Assembly (NCBI GenBank): GCA_964486045.1
Contig: CAZALK010000013.1
Span: forward strand, 78,841 to 142,840
Reading direction: 5' to 3'
Source: an uncultured archaeon
Lineage (GTDB): Archaea > Asgardarchaeota > Lokiarchaeia > Sigyniarchaeales > SOKP01
DNA: 64,000 nt
Shown here: positions 9,923-19,409 of the stretch, piece by piece
How the letters are laid out: the number at the start of each line of letters is the position of its first letter
Numbering within the stretch: the stretch's first letter is position 1
Translations under genes and position numbers: made by a program
Notes under the pieces: model-generated
What the model saw: only the letters and a program-made list of their open reading frames with translations
Databases searched by the model: none
What the model was told of the DNA's origin: nothing

Positions 9923-11367
9923 GAGAAATCTTTGCTGAAATTTTAGAGAAAATCACCCCAACTAATCAAGAAATCGCTCGAATTGAAGCTTTAACAGAAA
10001 AACTAATATATTTATTAGCTAAAAAGTCAAAAGAATTAGGTATTAGCTATACTAAGATTGAGCCACAAGGTTCAACAGGTATCAAACAAACACAACTAAA
10101 AAATGATTTTGATATTGATCTCTTTATTGGACTTGAATATCACGAGTTTAAATCAAGAAATGAAGATTTAAGTAAGAATAAATTAAAAAAAAAAACTAAA
10201 AAAGAATTTTTAGATTTATGTAATAAATGGATTATTCCAAGCTTAAGCTTGAAAGAATTTAAAAATCCTCGTCTTTTATATGCAGAACATCCCTACGTAA
10301 CTGTCGATTATCATTTTGAGGATATAGAGATAAAGATTGACATTGTTCTATATTTTGATTTGGAATTAGAATTAATAAAAGAAAATGGACCCATAACGGC
10401 TGTTGATAGATCACCCTGGCATGGTCGTTTCATAAGAGATAACTTATCTAATGATCAAAAAAATGATGTTCGTCTCCTAAAACAATTCTTTAAATCAAAC
10501 CATTGTTATGGGGATAAGAGCTCTTTAGGTAAAGTAGGTTTCATCGGATACAGCGCAGAATTACTCATTTACTATTTTAACGATATTCAAAATCTTTTTG
10601 AAAATTTTGATAAACTGACTTCTAATCCATTAGATTATTATAAGAGAAACATGAAAGATTTACAGAAAATTATTCATTTTCAAAAAGATTATTTGTTAAT
10701 TATAGATCCAGTTGATAAAAATAGAAATGTTGCCTCAGCAATATCAGAACGTGCTTACAAATACTGTAACTACCAAGTTAACAAATTTCTAAAAAAACCA
10801 AGTAAACATTTTTTTGATATAAAACCAATTCCTGAAATTGACTTAAAAAATTCAAAGGATCTAGCTATATCAAGAACTTTTATTGTTGAATTGAAAAATA
10901 TTGATAATAAAATTCATTATACCATAAATCGAGATAAACTACACTCTTTAGGAGAAAATATTAAAACAACTGGAGAAAAGGAGTTGTCTCGATCAGAAAA
11001 ATTCGGAACAATTATTTATGAAGTGTATTTTGAAGATAACCTCAATGAATATAACGTAGCTTTGTATTGTGAAAAGCCAAATATTCCAAAATCCTATACA
11101 CGTAAAGGACCTTCGGTTAAAAATGCTATTCACGCTATAAAATTTAAAAAAAAAAATCCAAATAGTTTTGCTAAAAACGGATATTTTTGGGTTGAAACCA
11201 AAAGATATTTTACCAATTTCCTTTTATTTTTACAGCAGATAATCAATACAAAAATCCCGGATAATTTCAAGGTCATCAATATCGAAAATTCCCTAAACAC
11301 TGTAACATCCTCAGGAAAGAAAGCGATAACGATTCTTACTCGAATGGTCTTACCTTTTTATCTATAG
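9919..11367 (+). CDS. cca: Archaeal (class I) CCA-adding enzyme
   Basis: GS..DFDIDLF nucleotidyltransferase motif, YAEHPYV, AVDRSPWH and DPVDKNRNVASA. The GTG start overlaps the infB stop (GTGA). Confidence 0.93.
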   Translation: MREIFAEILEKITPTNQEIARIEALTEKLIYLLAKKSKELGISYTKIEPQGSTGIKQTQLKNDFDIDLFIGLEYHEFKSRNEDLSKNKLKKKTKKEFLDLCNKWIIPSLSLKEFKNPRLLYAEHPYVTVDYHFEDIEIKIDIVLYFDLELELIKENGPITAVDRSPWHGRFIRDNLSNDQKNDVRLLKQFFKSNHCYGDKSSLGKVGFIGYSAELLIYYFNDIQNLFENFDKLTSNPLDYYKRNMKDLQKIIHFQKDYLLIIDPVDKNRNVASAISERAYKYCNYQVNKFLKKPSKHFFDIKPIPEIDLKNSKDLAISRTFIVELKNIDNKIHYTINRDKLHSLGENIKTTGEKELSRSEKFGTIIYEVYFEDNLNEYNVALYCEKPNIPKSYTRKGPSVKNAIHAIKFKKKNPNSFAKNGYFWVETKRYFTNFLLFLQQIINTKIPDNFKVINIENSLNTVTSSGKKAITILTRMVLPFYL

Positions 11368-12660
11368 AGTTCCAAAAATTTCAGGGATTAAGAGAATAAC
11401 ATTTGTGCCTTTTTCATGTTCTCCTTCAATTCGATCTTCAGCCCAGATAATTCCGTCAAAACTATTGATAACTTCTCTAACTAATAATAATCCTAAACCA
11501 ATTCTTTTATGGGTTTTAGGTTTTTCATTTATTTTATAAAAGATATTTTTTTTCATCTTGTCAGGCATCCCAATACCGTTATCTCTGAATTCCATCTTTA
11601 TATATTTTATATTTTCTTCCTGGTGTTTAGAAATTTTTATTGTTAATTCTACTTCCGGATTATCGTTATATCGAATTGAATTATTTAATAATATACGAAA
11701 AACATCGAATAATATCTTATTTGCATATACTACAGTAGGTTTTTCCCTGGAATTGATATTGACTAGAATTTTCTTTTCTAGAAATTTTGTCTTCACATAT
11801 TCTATAGCCTCCCCTAAGATCTCATCTATTTGTATTGAGGAGTTTTTGATTTTCCCTGATTCAAGATCTGAGAGTTTTCTTACATTTACTCCAAGTTCTG
11901 CACCTCGATTCACCTGAATTTTAGCTATTTTTACCAGTTTATTAATATTCTTTTCATTTTTATGTTTCACTGCTTCTTGAGCAATTATTTCTAATGAAAA
12001 TTCTAAATTTTGAAGAATATTGTTTATATCATGGACAAAAAGATCTTTATAAAATTCAGCTCTATTATAGGCTGAGCGATAATTATTTTCTGATTTTAAT
12101 ATTTTCTCTTCGATAACAGCGACAACTCCTGTAATAAGCATCATAGTAGCCATGACTATTCTAGAAAATTCTAAAAGATCCTCTGCTCCCGGAAATCCTT
12201 GATCACTAAAAATCCTCGTCGTTACTTGTAATAATCCAGAACTCATAATAAAACACATAAATGCATGGGTAGGTGTTCTTTTTCTCAAATAAATTCTTAC
12301 GATCAAGAAAAGTGTGAAGAACAACAAAATTGAAATGAAAATTAGTAACCCAAGAGATGAAATTTGTTGCTGCAAAAGTAATACAACCATAGGAACTGTA
12401 AGGGCCTTTATCTCTCTTGAAAAGGTTCGATAATACTCAAGAAACACAGCGAAAATGAATATTATAAGAGATAAAGCTGAAAATGACATAGAAATTATCT
12501 CAAAAGTATCATACAATTCTTGAGAAAATAACCTAAAAACTTCAGATATAGAAGCTGCAATATACGCATATAACCAAGGAATTAAATTCCTTCGTTTGAT
12601 GGACACACCTGCAAACAATAATGTGGCAAGGATTACAACAATGGAATTAGATAAATCCAT
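11362..12660 (-). CDS. Membrane-bound sensor histidine kinase
   Basis: About 6 N-terminal TM helices, H-box HDINNIL, N-box NNSIRY, DNGIG and GLGL boxes. Confidence 0.9.
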   Translation of the reverse strand: MDLSNSIVVILATLLFAGVSIKRRNLIPWLYAYIAASISEVFRLFSQELYDTFEIISMSFSALSLIIFIFAVFLEYYRTFSREIKALTVPMVVLLLQQQISSLGLLIFISILLFFTLFLIVRIYLRKRTPTHAFMCFIMSSGLLQVTTRIFSDQGFPGAEDLLEFSRIVMATMMLITGVVAVIEEKILKSENNYRSAYNRAEFYKDLFVHDINNILQNLEFSLEIIAQEAVKHKNEKNINKLVKIAKIQVNRGAELGVNVRKLSDLESGKIKNSSIQIDEILGEAIEYVKTKFLEKKILVNINSREKPTVVYANKILFDVFRILLNNSIRYNDNPEVELTIKISKHQEENIKYIKMEFRDNGIGMPDKMKKNIFYKINEKPKTHKRIGLGLLLVREVINSFDGIIWAEDRIEGEHEKGTNVILLIPEIFGTL

Positions 12661-13087
12661 AATAAAATAATCTGTCAATTTTCCACCCTTACTACATTTT
12701 AATTGAAGATTTAAAATAATAATAGAGGGAATCATTTTAAATTTACACTAAATAAAACAAATTCAGCTTAAAACTCAAATTTGTTGCTTAAATTCATAAA
12801 ATACTATTGATTTTTACCGATCACATATTAAATATTTATTGTAAACTCTTTAATTATTCCGCTGTTGGCTCTCTTTATTTGGCTTACCATACCGAAACCT
12901 TGTTATATCTCTATAAAATTAGAATAAATTAGCTTATATAAAATAAATAGTCTGTTTGAAAATGTCAATCAAATCAAAAAGCAAAGATCATAAAATTTTT
13001 TACTCTTGAGATATTTAAGAATTTAGAAAATAAAAATAATGATTAAAAATATTTAAAAAATAAAATTTTATGTGATGTGACTTATTT

Positions 13088-15370
13088 ATGGTTAAAGTAA
13101 AGAACCCAGATGAGATAGTAAAGCTCGTAACTTCCGGATCTTATGAGAGAAAGAGAATTTTCAGTATAACCGCGCATTTTTAATAAGGTTTCCTTATTAT
13201 AGCGTAAATTGATCACGGGAAAACAACTGCTACTGATTATCTTCTACGTAGAGCAGGGCTCATGCGGCCAGAAGATGCTGGTCAACTTCAAATGACTGAC
13301 AGCGACGAGGAAGAACAGGCACGTGGGATTACCATTTTTACAAGTGTAGTTTTACTTGCATTCAATGACTCTAGAAAACCAGATGACACTGAACCTTATG
13401 TTATTCAATTAAATGATACTCCAGGTCATATTAGTTTTACCGGGGAGGTATCACGAGCTCTAAGAGGAAGCGATGGTGCAATAATATTGGTCGATGCTCT
13501 TGAAGGAGTAATGACCCAGACAGAAACTAATATTCGTTTATCCGTTGGTGAAGAATTCTGTAAACCAGTTCTATTCATTAATAAAGTTGACCGACTTATT
13601 AGTGAGCTTAAGTTAAGTCCTCAAGATACTTTTGCTAAAATAGATAAAATTACACGCGAAATTAATGAACTTATAAGAAAAGTGAGACCTGAGGGTTCGG
13701 GTTGGACCATTGATTTTGCTAAAAATTCAGTTGCAGTTGGTTCAGCAAAACATGGATGGGGTTTTACATATGAGATTTTAGTTGAAAAAAAAATGAAACC
13801 TCAAGATGTTTTCGCAAAATATACTGAAGGTGACATTCAGTGGTTAAGAGATAATTTACCTTTAGATGAGCCTCTGTTAAGGATGATCGTAGACCATCTT
13901 CCAGATCCTATTAGTGCTGCTAAATATAGAATACCTCATATCTGGGGAGGAGACCTAAGTTCTGAACTTGGACAATCTCTCGTGAAGAGTGATCCAAATG
14001 GGCCTCTCTACGGAATGATAACTAAGATTTTCTTAGACCCAAAAAGGAATTATCAAGCTACTCTTATCGGTCGTGTTTTTTCGGGTACGTTCAACCAAAC
14101 AGATTCAATTTATCTAATTAATAGCGATTCAAGCAACCGTGTGAAGCGGCTTGGAGTTATGGAGATTACTGATCTCTTAGATATTCCCCGGATTCCGGCA
14201 GGAAATTTATTTGCATTATTTGGTTTTGTATGCCCGGCTGGTGAAACATTTATGTTGACAAGTGAGGTTCCTAAAGATAAAGAAGAGAGGAAAAAGCTTC
14301 ACCCCTTCGAGAAAATTAATTATGCGTGCGAGGCTGTGGTTTCGCGGAGTATTAAACCTAAGGACCATCATCTCATTGATAAATTAGATGATGTAGTCGG
14401 AAAATGGCTTAAAGCGAACCCTGAAGCTGAATATCGAAGAGATGAAGAATCTGGTGAATTTGTGCTCTCTGGAATAGACCCTCTCCAAATTGAAATCCTG
14501 ACAAAGAGAATCAACATCCAAGTACCAATTGACATTGGGGAACCAATTATTATTTATAGGGAAAAAATTACGAAAAAAAGTCCGGAATATCATACAAAAT
14601 CTGCGAACACTCACAATCGTATAGTGTTATACATTGAACCTTTAGACGAAACAACAGAAAAGCTAATCGAAACCGGTAAAATTAATGATTTACAAAATGA
14701 CAAGGATAGAGCTAAAATTCTTAGGGAAGACGCAGATTGGGATGCTAAGGAAGCAAGGCGAATTGTTGATGTATATCAAGGAAGTCTCCTTGTCAATGGT
14801 ACTTCGGGATTACAGAGATTTGATCGCGTGAAGTCCTATTTGAGTGCTGCTTTTAGAGATTGGCTTGGTAATTGTATAATAGCAAAAGAACCCGCTACAG
14901 GAGTAAAAGCTGTATTTACAGATTTAGTCATCCATGAAGACCCAAGACATACGCAATATGGCCAGATTGCGGGAATGTTTTTCTCAGCTTTATCACTTGC
15001 GATGTTGGAAGCAGATTCTCATCTCTTTGAGCCAGTCCAGAAAATTGATGTTAAAACACCTCAAGGAACAGAAGGAGGGGTAACAGCCATTATCTCTAAG
15101 CGTCGAGGGAGGATAACTAATGTTATTCCTGAAGGTGAATACGTTAGGATCAAAGGTCAGATTCCTGCTGCCGAGGTAATTGGCATTGCAGACGATATCC
15201 GAGGCTCAACGCAAGGGAGGGCTTTTTTTGGATACGAATTTAAAGGCTTCGAGAAGGTTCCTGCTTCTACTGAAGAAGATCTCATCATGGAAATCCGCAA
15301 ACGCAAAGGACTGCCCCTAGAAATGCCTAATAGAAGGAGTTGGGAGCGTTTTATTTATAAACGTTCTTGA
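13088..15370 (+). CDS. fusA: Elongation factor EF-2 family GTPase, two exons (13088-13177 + 13208-15370; 750 aa after removing the 30-nt insert)
   Basis: ATG 13088 reads MVKVKNPDEIVKLVTSGSYERKRIFSITAH. The same frame resumes at 13208 as IDHGKTTATDYLLRRAGLM and runs into ORF 13262-15370 (RGIT, DTPGH, NKVD, domain IV/V, STQGRA). Confidence 0.92.
13178..13207 (+). other. Candidate bulge-helix-bulge (BHB/BHL) mRNA intron, 30 nt
   Basis: TTTTAATAAGGTTTCCTTATTATAGCGTAA has 3 in-frame TAA codons. Central 4-bp helix GCGC(13172-75)/GCGT(13202-05), 3-nt bulges AT|T and AA|A, intronic stem TAATAAGG/CCTTATTA. Confidence 0.85.
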
Positions 15371-15780
15371 TGTTTCAAATTTATTGGAGTTTGGATAATT
15401 TGCTACAAGATGATTTTTCAGATATATTTTTACATCATATTCATGAAATTACTTGGAGTATGGAGGAAGAGGAACTTGGTGCAATTACGAGGGGATCTCA
15501 CTATGATTTATCCCATAGACGACGGATAGGTAGAATTGACTTATTCTCAGGGAGGAATAATTATAAACGCCACCAACGTTATTTTGAAGAGGTAAAAGCT
15601 TCACTAAATCCAGGTAGGCCTACAATACCCCCCGGTTGGACTCAAGATCAATTTGACACGTATTTAGATAGTCGTCAGTTTTATTATACCCATGGTGAGA
15701 GAAAGTGGTTTTTGGAATATTTCGGAGATTTCTACAGATTGTTTCAAAATAAAAAATTTTGGAATACTAAAAAATTATAA
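15370..15780 (+). CDS. Hypothetical protein, translationally coupled to EF-2
   Basis: 136-aa ORF whose ATG overlaps the EF-2 stop (TGATG); no recognised family. Confidence 0.65.
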   Translation: MFQIYWSLDNLLQDDFSDIFLHHIHEITWSMEEEELGAITRGSHYDLSHRRRIGRIDLFSGRNNYKRHQRYFEEVKASLNPGRPTIPPGWTQDQFDTYLDSRQFYYTHGERKWFLEYFGDFYRLFQNKKFWNTKKL

Positions 15781-15799
15781 TCGTTTAGGATATTTAGGT

Positions 15800-16684
15800 C
15801 TAAAATTGGTTTAATTGGGTTTGATTTTTATACCCACTAGAATAAATTTCTTTAATTTTATTTAGGACATCTACATCAAACATTTTTGGTTTATTTATTC
15901 TTAAGTTAATTTCTTTTAAGAATTGGTCTTTAATATGCTGCTCTCCCTTATGAACTTTTTTTATAAAAGGTATAACAAAATTAATTAAGATTGATTTATT
16001 TTTAAATAAAAAGTTTAGTTCATGTAGATTGTCAATAAAGCTAAAGAATCCCTCTACAGTTTCTTTACCAACTTTTTTGATTTTAATCCTATAAATTTTA
16101 GCGTAAAGTAACAATTCAATTTTTTTCAATTCACTTAACATATTAGATGCAATATATTTTTTTATACTATCAAAAGTCTGAGAATTGAGATTTGAGTTTT
16201 CTATTACTATCTTTAACTCTTCTGCATTTAAGATATCCAAGTAACCCTCATTTAACAAGAATTCCATAGTTTGAAAATGATTACTAGCAAATCTTTTGGC
16301 TATTTCTTCTTTAAGAATTCTTTTTGCTAAAGAATCTCCGATCCTCGTTAATTCATTTAATAGGGGAAAGGCTATAGTTCTATGTAATAATCGAGAGTTA
16401 TAGTTATTTTCATTCCATACTTGTAGATTTGAGCAATGCCCCCAAAATTCAATTTCTGGCGGAACATATCCCGTTTCTTCAATTCTTTGATTTTCCATTC
16501 TTTCTGATACTTCATCAACAGAATTAATTTCATTTACGCTTTTTGCTTCAATAATAGGGAAATTTAGCAATAAATATTTGCATTGTAAGAACTCCTTATT
16601 TCTAATATAGAGATTTGTTTTATTTTCTTCTAACTTGAGGGTTATATAATTATTAACCTTGAATTCTTTCGTTCTCTTCAACAA
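15800..16684 (-). CDS. Lokiarchaeal expanded-family protein (N-terminal domain of the type usually found before LRRs)
   Basis: EFKVNNYITLKLE..FLQCKYLLLN..EFWGHCSNLQVW..NYNSRLLH pattern, recognised from memory; no LRRs in this copy. Confidence 0.65.
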   Translation of the reverse strand: MLKRTKEFKVNNYITLKLEENKTNLYIRNKEFLQCKYLLLNFPIIEAKSVNEINSVDEVSERMENQRIEETGYVPPEIEFWGHCSNLQVWNENNYNSRLLHRTIAFPLLNELTRIGDSLAKRILKEEIAKRFASNHFQTMEFLLNEGYLDILNAEELKIVIENSNLNSQTFDSIKKYIASNMLSELKKIELLLYAKIYRIKIKKVGKETVEGFFSFIDNLHELNFLFKNKSILINFVIPFIKKVHKGEQHIKDQFLKEINLRINKPKMFDVDVLNKIKEIYSSGYKNQTQLNQF

Positions 16685-16855
16685 TTTTCACCCTTATATT
16701 TTAAAGATAGAAGATTTTACTATTTAAATGTCACCCGTTTTCAAGTTTTTAAGTAAAGAAGTTAATTCGCAACCTAAGGCACCAGACTCTTTATAAGAGG
16801 AATGATCCCTAAGAAATATAGACTTCGATTTAGACAAGTTTTAACAAACATAGCA

Positions 16856-16935
16856 GTTACCGCAATCATAGCAAAGCGTCGCTGGAAATGCCTAATAGAA
16901 GGAGTTGGGAGCGTTTTATTTATAAAAGATCATAA
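16856..16935 (+). pseudogene. Remnant second copy of the EF-2 3' end, internally deleted
   Basis: 16885-16926 is identical (42 nt) to 15320-15361 and ends KRS-stop with different codons. 16856-16882 encodes VTAIIAKRR versus EF-2 VTAIISKRR at 15080-15106. Confidence 0.88.
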
Positions 16936-17041
16936 AATTTTTTTAATTATTTTTATCAAACATTACAATAATAAGTATAATACATGTAAAACTAGTTATT
17001 ACTAAGATTTAAAAAACTAAATGATCCCTAAGAGAAACTAC

Positions 17042-17596
17042 TTACTTTGCGATCATATGTAATTTTTTAACAAGAGCTTTAAACGCGTCAGTCACTTTTT
17101 GGCCTGTTAGAGCACTTGTTTTATAATAACCTATAAATCTATTCTCTTTTGCTAATGTTTCTACATTATTATCTGATGTTAAAATATTCGGATTCGAACT
17201 TAACTCACCTTCATCTATTAAATCAACTTTATTCCCAAATAGAACAATGGGAATACCTCCACAATGTTTCTTGAGATCACTAAGCCATCTGGGTACATGT
17301 TCATAAGTTTGGGTTTGATCAGGAGCATGAGAAAACACGATTATAGCTCCACTACTTCCCGTGTAGAATCTTTGGCGTAGGGCTTGAAATGAATCTTGAC
17401 CAGCAATGTCCCATAGAAATAATTCAACTTTATCTCCATCAATTATTTCTTCATATTTAGAGAATTGAGTTCCCAAAGTTGATATATACTCTTCTCGAAA
17501 AGAACCTTGAGTGTATTTTTTAATTAATGAAGTCTTACCGACAGAACCGTCACCGATAACCGTAATCTTAAATCCATATCCAGTACTGTTACTCAT
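17042..17596 (-). CDS. Rab-like small GTPase (Ras superfamily)
   Basis: GDGSVGKTS, STLG, WDIAGQ, GNKVD, TSALTG; no C-terminal Cys prenylation motif. Confidence 0.93.
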   Translation of the reverse strand: MSNSTGYGFKITVIGDGSVGKTSLIKKYTQGSFREEYISTLGTQFSKYEEIIDGDKVELFLWDIAGQDSFQALRQRFYTGSSGAIIVFSHAPDQTQTYEHVPRWLSDLKKHCGGIPIVLFGNKVDLIDEGELSSNPNILTSDNNVETLAKENRFIGYYKTSALTGQKVTDAFKALVKKLHMIAK

Positions 17597-17887
17597 ATTT
17601 ACCAGCTCTATTAAGTTTCCATTACTTAAATAGTAAAAGTTAGATATTTTAAACTTTTTTTTTTCGAAGATATATTTCTAATTCTAGTAATTAAAGTAGT
17701 GTATCACCATCATAATTATTTAATTATAAACTCAATCAATATTATTTAGGCTTTGATTATAAGCCAAAAACCCTGACAATTTCATCAGTATTGTCAATTT
17801 GATAGAAAAAATCGAATAGCTAATATTAAAAGATGATCTTATCCTTGTACGTCAAAATAAGTACTAAAATTGATTAATAAAAGAAAA

Positions 17888-18436
17888 TTATATTGTAGCT
17901 CTTTGATGTAACTTAAATACTAATGCTTGAAAAGCTTCTTTTACTCCTTGACCTGTTAATGCACTTGTTTTGTAATATTCAATAATACCATGGTCTTGGG
18001 CAAATTTTTTTACGTGAACATCTGAAGTTGCATAATTTGGTGTAGCTAATGCATTTTGATCAACCTTATCAGCTTTATTTCCAAATAATATTACGGGAAT
18101 CCTTCCACATCCTTCTTTTATATTTGACAACCATTTATCAATATGTTCCCATGATTCTAGATCTTCAGGAGCGAGAGAAAAAACAACAATCGCACCACTG
18201 CTTCCCTTATAAAATCTGTCACGTAGACTACTGAAACTTTCTTGTCCAGCCAAATCCCATAATAATAATTCCACATTTTCCCCTTCAACAGGAACTACAT
18301 ATTTCGAAAATTGCATACCTAACGTAGCAATGTAATCTTTTTCAAATGAATCTGTAGTATATCTTTTGATTAGCGAAGTCTTACCTACAGCTCCATCACC
18401 GACTACAACAATCTTAAATTTGAAAGCATCACTCAT
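17888..18436 (-). CDS. Rab-like small GTPase, tandem paralog
   Basis: GDGAVGKTS, ATLG, WDLAGQ, GNKAD, TSALTG; colinear with 17042-17596. Confidence 0.93.
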   Translation of the reverse strand: MSDAFKFKIVVVGDGAVGKTSLIKRYTTDSFEKDYIATLGMQFSKYVVPVEGENVELLLWDLAGQESFSSLRDRFYKGSSGAIVVFSLAPEDLESWEHIDKWLSNIKEGCGRIPVILFGNKADKVDQNALATPNYATSDVHVKKFAQDHGIIEYYKTSALTGQGVKEAFQALVFKLHQRATI

Positions 18437-18604
18437 CTTTAAGTTTGAAAATATTTTTTATCTGTTTTCCTAATAGTACAAATAAGATTTTTTAAGCATT
18501 TCTACTCTATAAAAATCTAATAATTTTTCAACTATTTAAAAATCATTACAACTTATTCATTATACATCGAAGCTAGCTTGATTTATAGACTGAGTTTTGA
18601 AGAA

Positions 18605-19324
18605 TCAATTTTCAATACCAAATAGTTGTATCAATTCATTAGTATTGTTTACCAATTTATCAGGATTATGTTTTCGTAAAGTTTCTTTTTGGGCAAGACC
18701 TGACGCAACGCATATCATCATTACGTCAGCAGACTTTCCCGCTTCTACATCCGTTGTCATATCTCCTATGAAAATGGCTTCAGATGGTTTCATTTTCCAT
18801 TTATCGAGTATAATTTGGATTCCTTCTGGGCTTGGTTTTACTTCAGTTACCTCATTAAATCCTATAATTATATCAAAATACTTGGTGAGGTTAAATTTAT
18901 CTAGCACTTCCTCAGCATATTGACTTTTATTATTCGTCAATATAGCCAATTTAAATTTTTTATTAAAGAGTTTCGAAATCAACTCATCTATCCCTACATA
19001 AATCGTAGATTCAGCGTCTTTATATTTGTTGAATTGGTTAAATAAAAAGACCGCGATACGAAGTTTTTTGAAAAAACTGATTCCCTTTAGAAAATTCACT
19101 TTCAATAATTCGTACGAGTTAAGTAAAATTTTGGGTACAGGGTAATTTTGGATTTCTTCAATAAGATGAGCAATTTCTTCCATGACTTCATCTCGCTGAA
19201 TAGATAATTGATACTTTTCTATTCCATCATCAACAGCCTTCTTTAAAGCATCTGATATATTAAAAATTGTACCGTCTAAATCCCAAATCAAACCCTTATA
19301 ATTTTCCAATATAATTTTTTCCAT
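18605..19324 (-). CDS. HAD-superfamily phosphatase (phosphoglycolate phosphatase-like)
   Basis: WDLDGT, LTNN, KPSPEG and IGDMTTD motifs. Confidence 0.9.
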   Translation of the reverse strand: MEKIILENYKGLIWDLDGTIFNISDALKKAVDDGIEKYQLSIQRDEVMEEIAHLIEEIQNYPVPKILLNSYELLKVNFLKGISFFKKLRIAVFLFNQFNKYKDAESTIYVGIDELISKLFNKKFKLAILTNNKSQYAEEVLDKFNLTKYFDIIIGFNEVTEVKPSPEGIQIILDKWKMKPSEAIFIGDMTTDVEAGKSADVMMICVASGLAQKETLRKHNPDKLVNNTNELIQLFGIEN

Positions 19325-19409
19325 ACTAAAGTGAATAAATATTTAGAATAATTTTAATTATACGATATTAGAATAAAAAAAGTTTAATATAATTCATTTT
19401 AATCGGGTT

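Noticed and set aside
12983-13001. 19-nt match AAAGATCATAAAATTTTTT also at 16925-16943, flanking the EF-2 locus
   Set aside because: Very AT-rich and low complexity; it could arise by chance in this genome, so it was not used as a boundary
13172-13207. Ribosomal bypassing (gene-60-like hop) between matching GCG codons at 13172 and 13202
   Set aside because: Landing on 13202 is followed immediately by TAA and would delete the conserved His. Splicing at the BHB sites restores the motif exactly.
13178-13207. Stop-codon readthrough, intein or simple pseudogene as explanations of the EF-2 insert
   Set aside because: Three TAA codons and 10 extra codons inside the P-loop exclude readthrough, and the insert is far too short for an intein. 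The remaining ~2.2 kb has no other lesion. A pseudogene is not formally excluded without RNA data.
16802-17005. 67-aa ORF as a real gene
   Set aside because: It is a chance read-through across the EF-2 remnant pieces, which lie in two different frames
17749-17797. Short inverted repeats between the two Rab-like genes (GGCTT..AAGCC; TGACAAT..ATTGTCA)
   Set aside because: Arms of only 5-7 bp, not distinguishable from chance without comparative data
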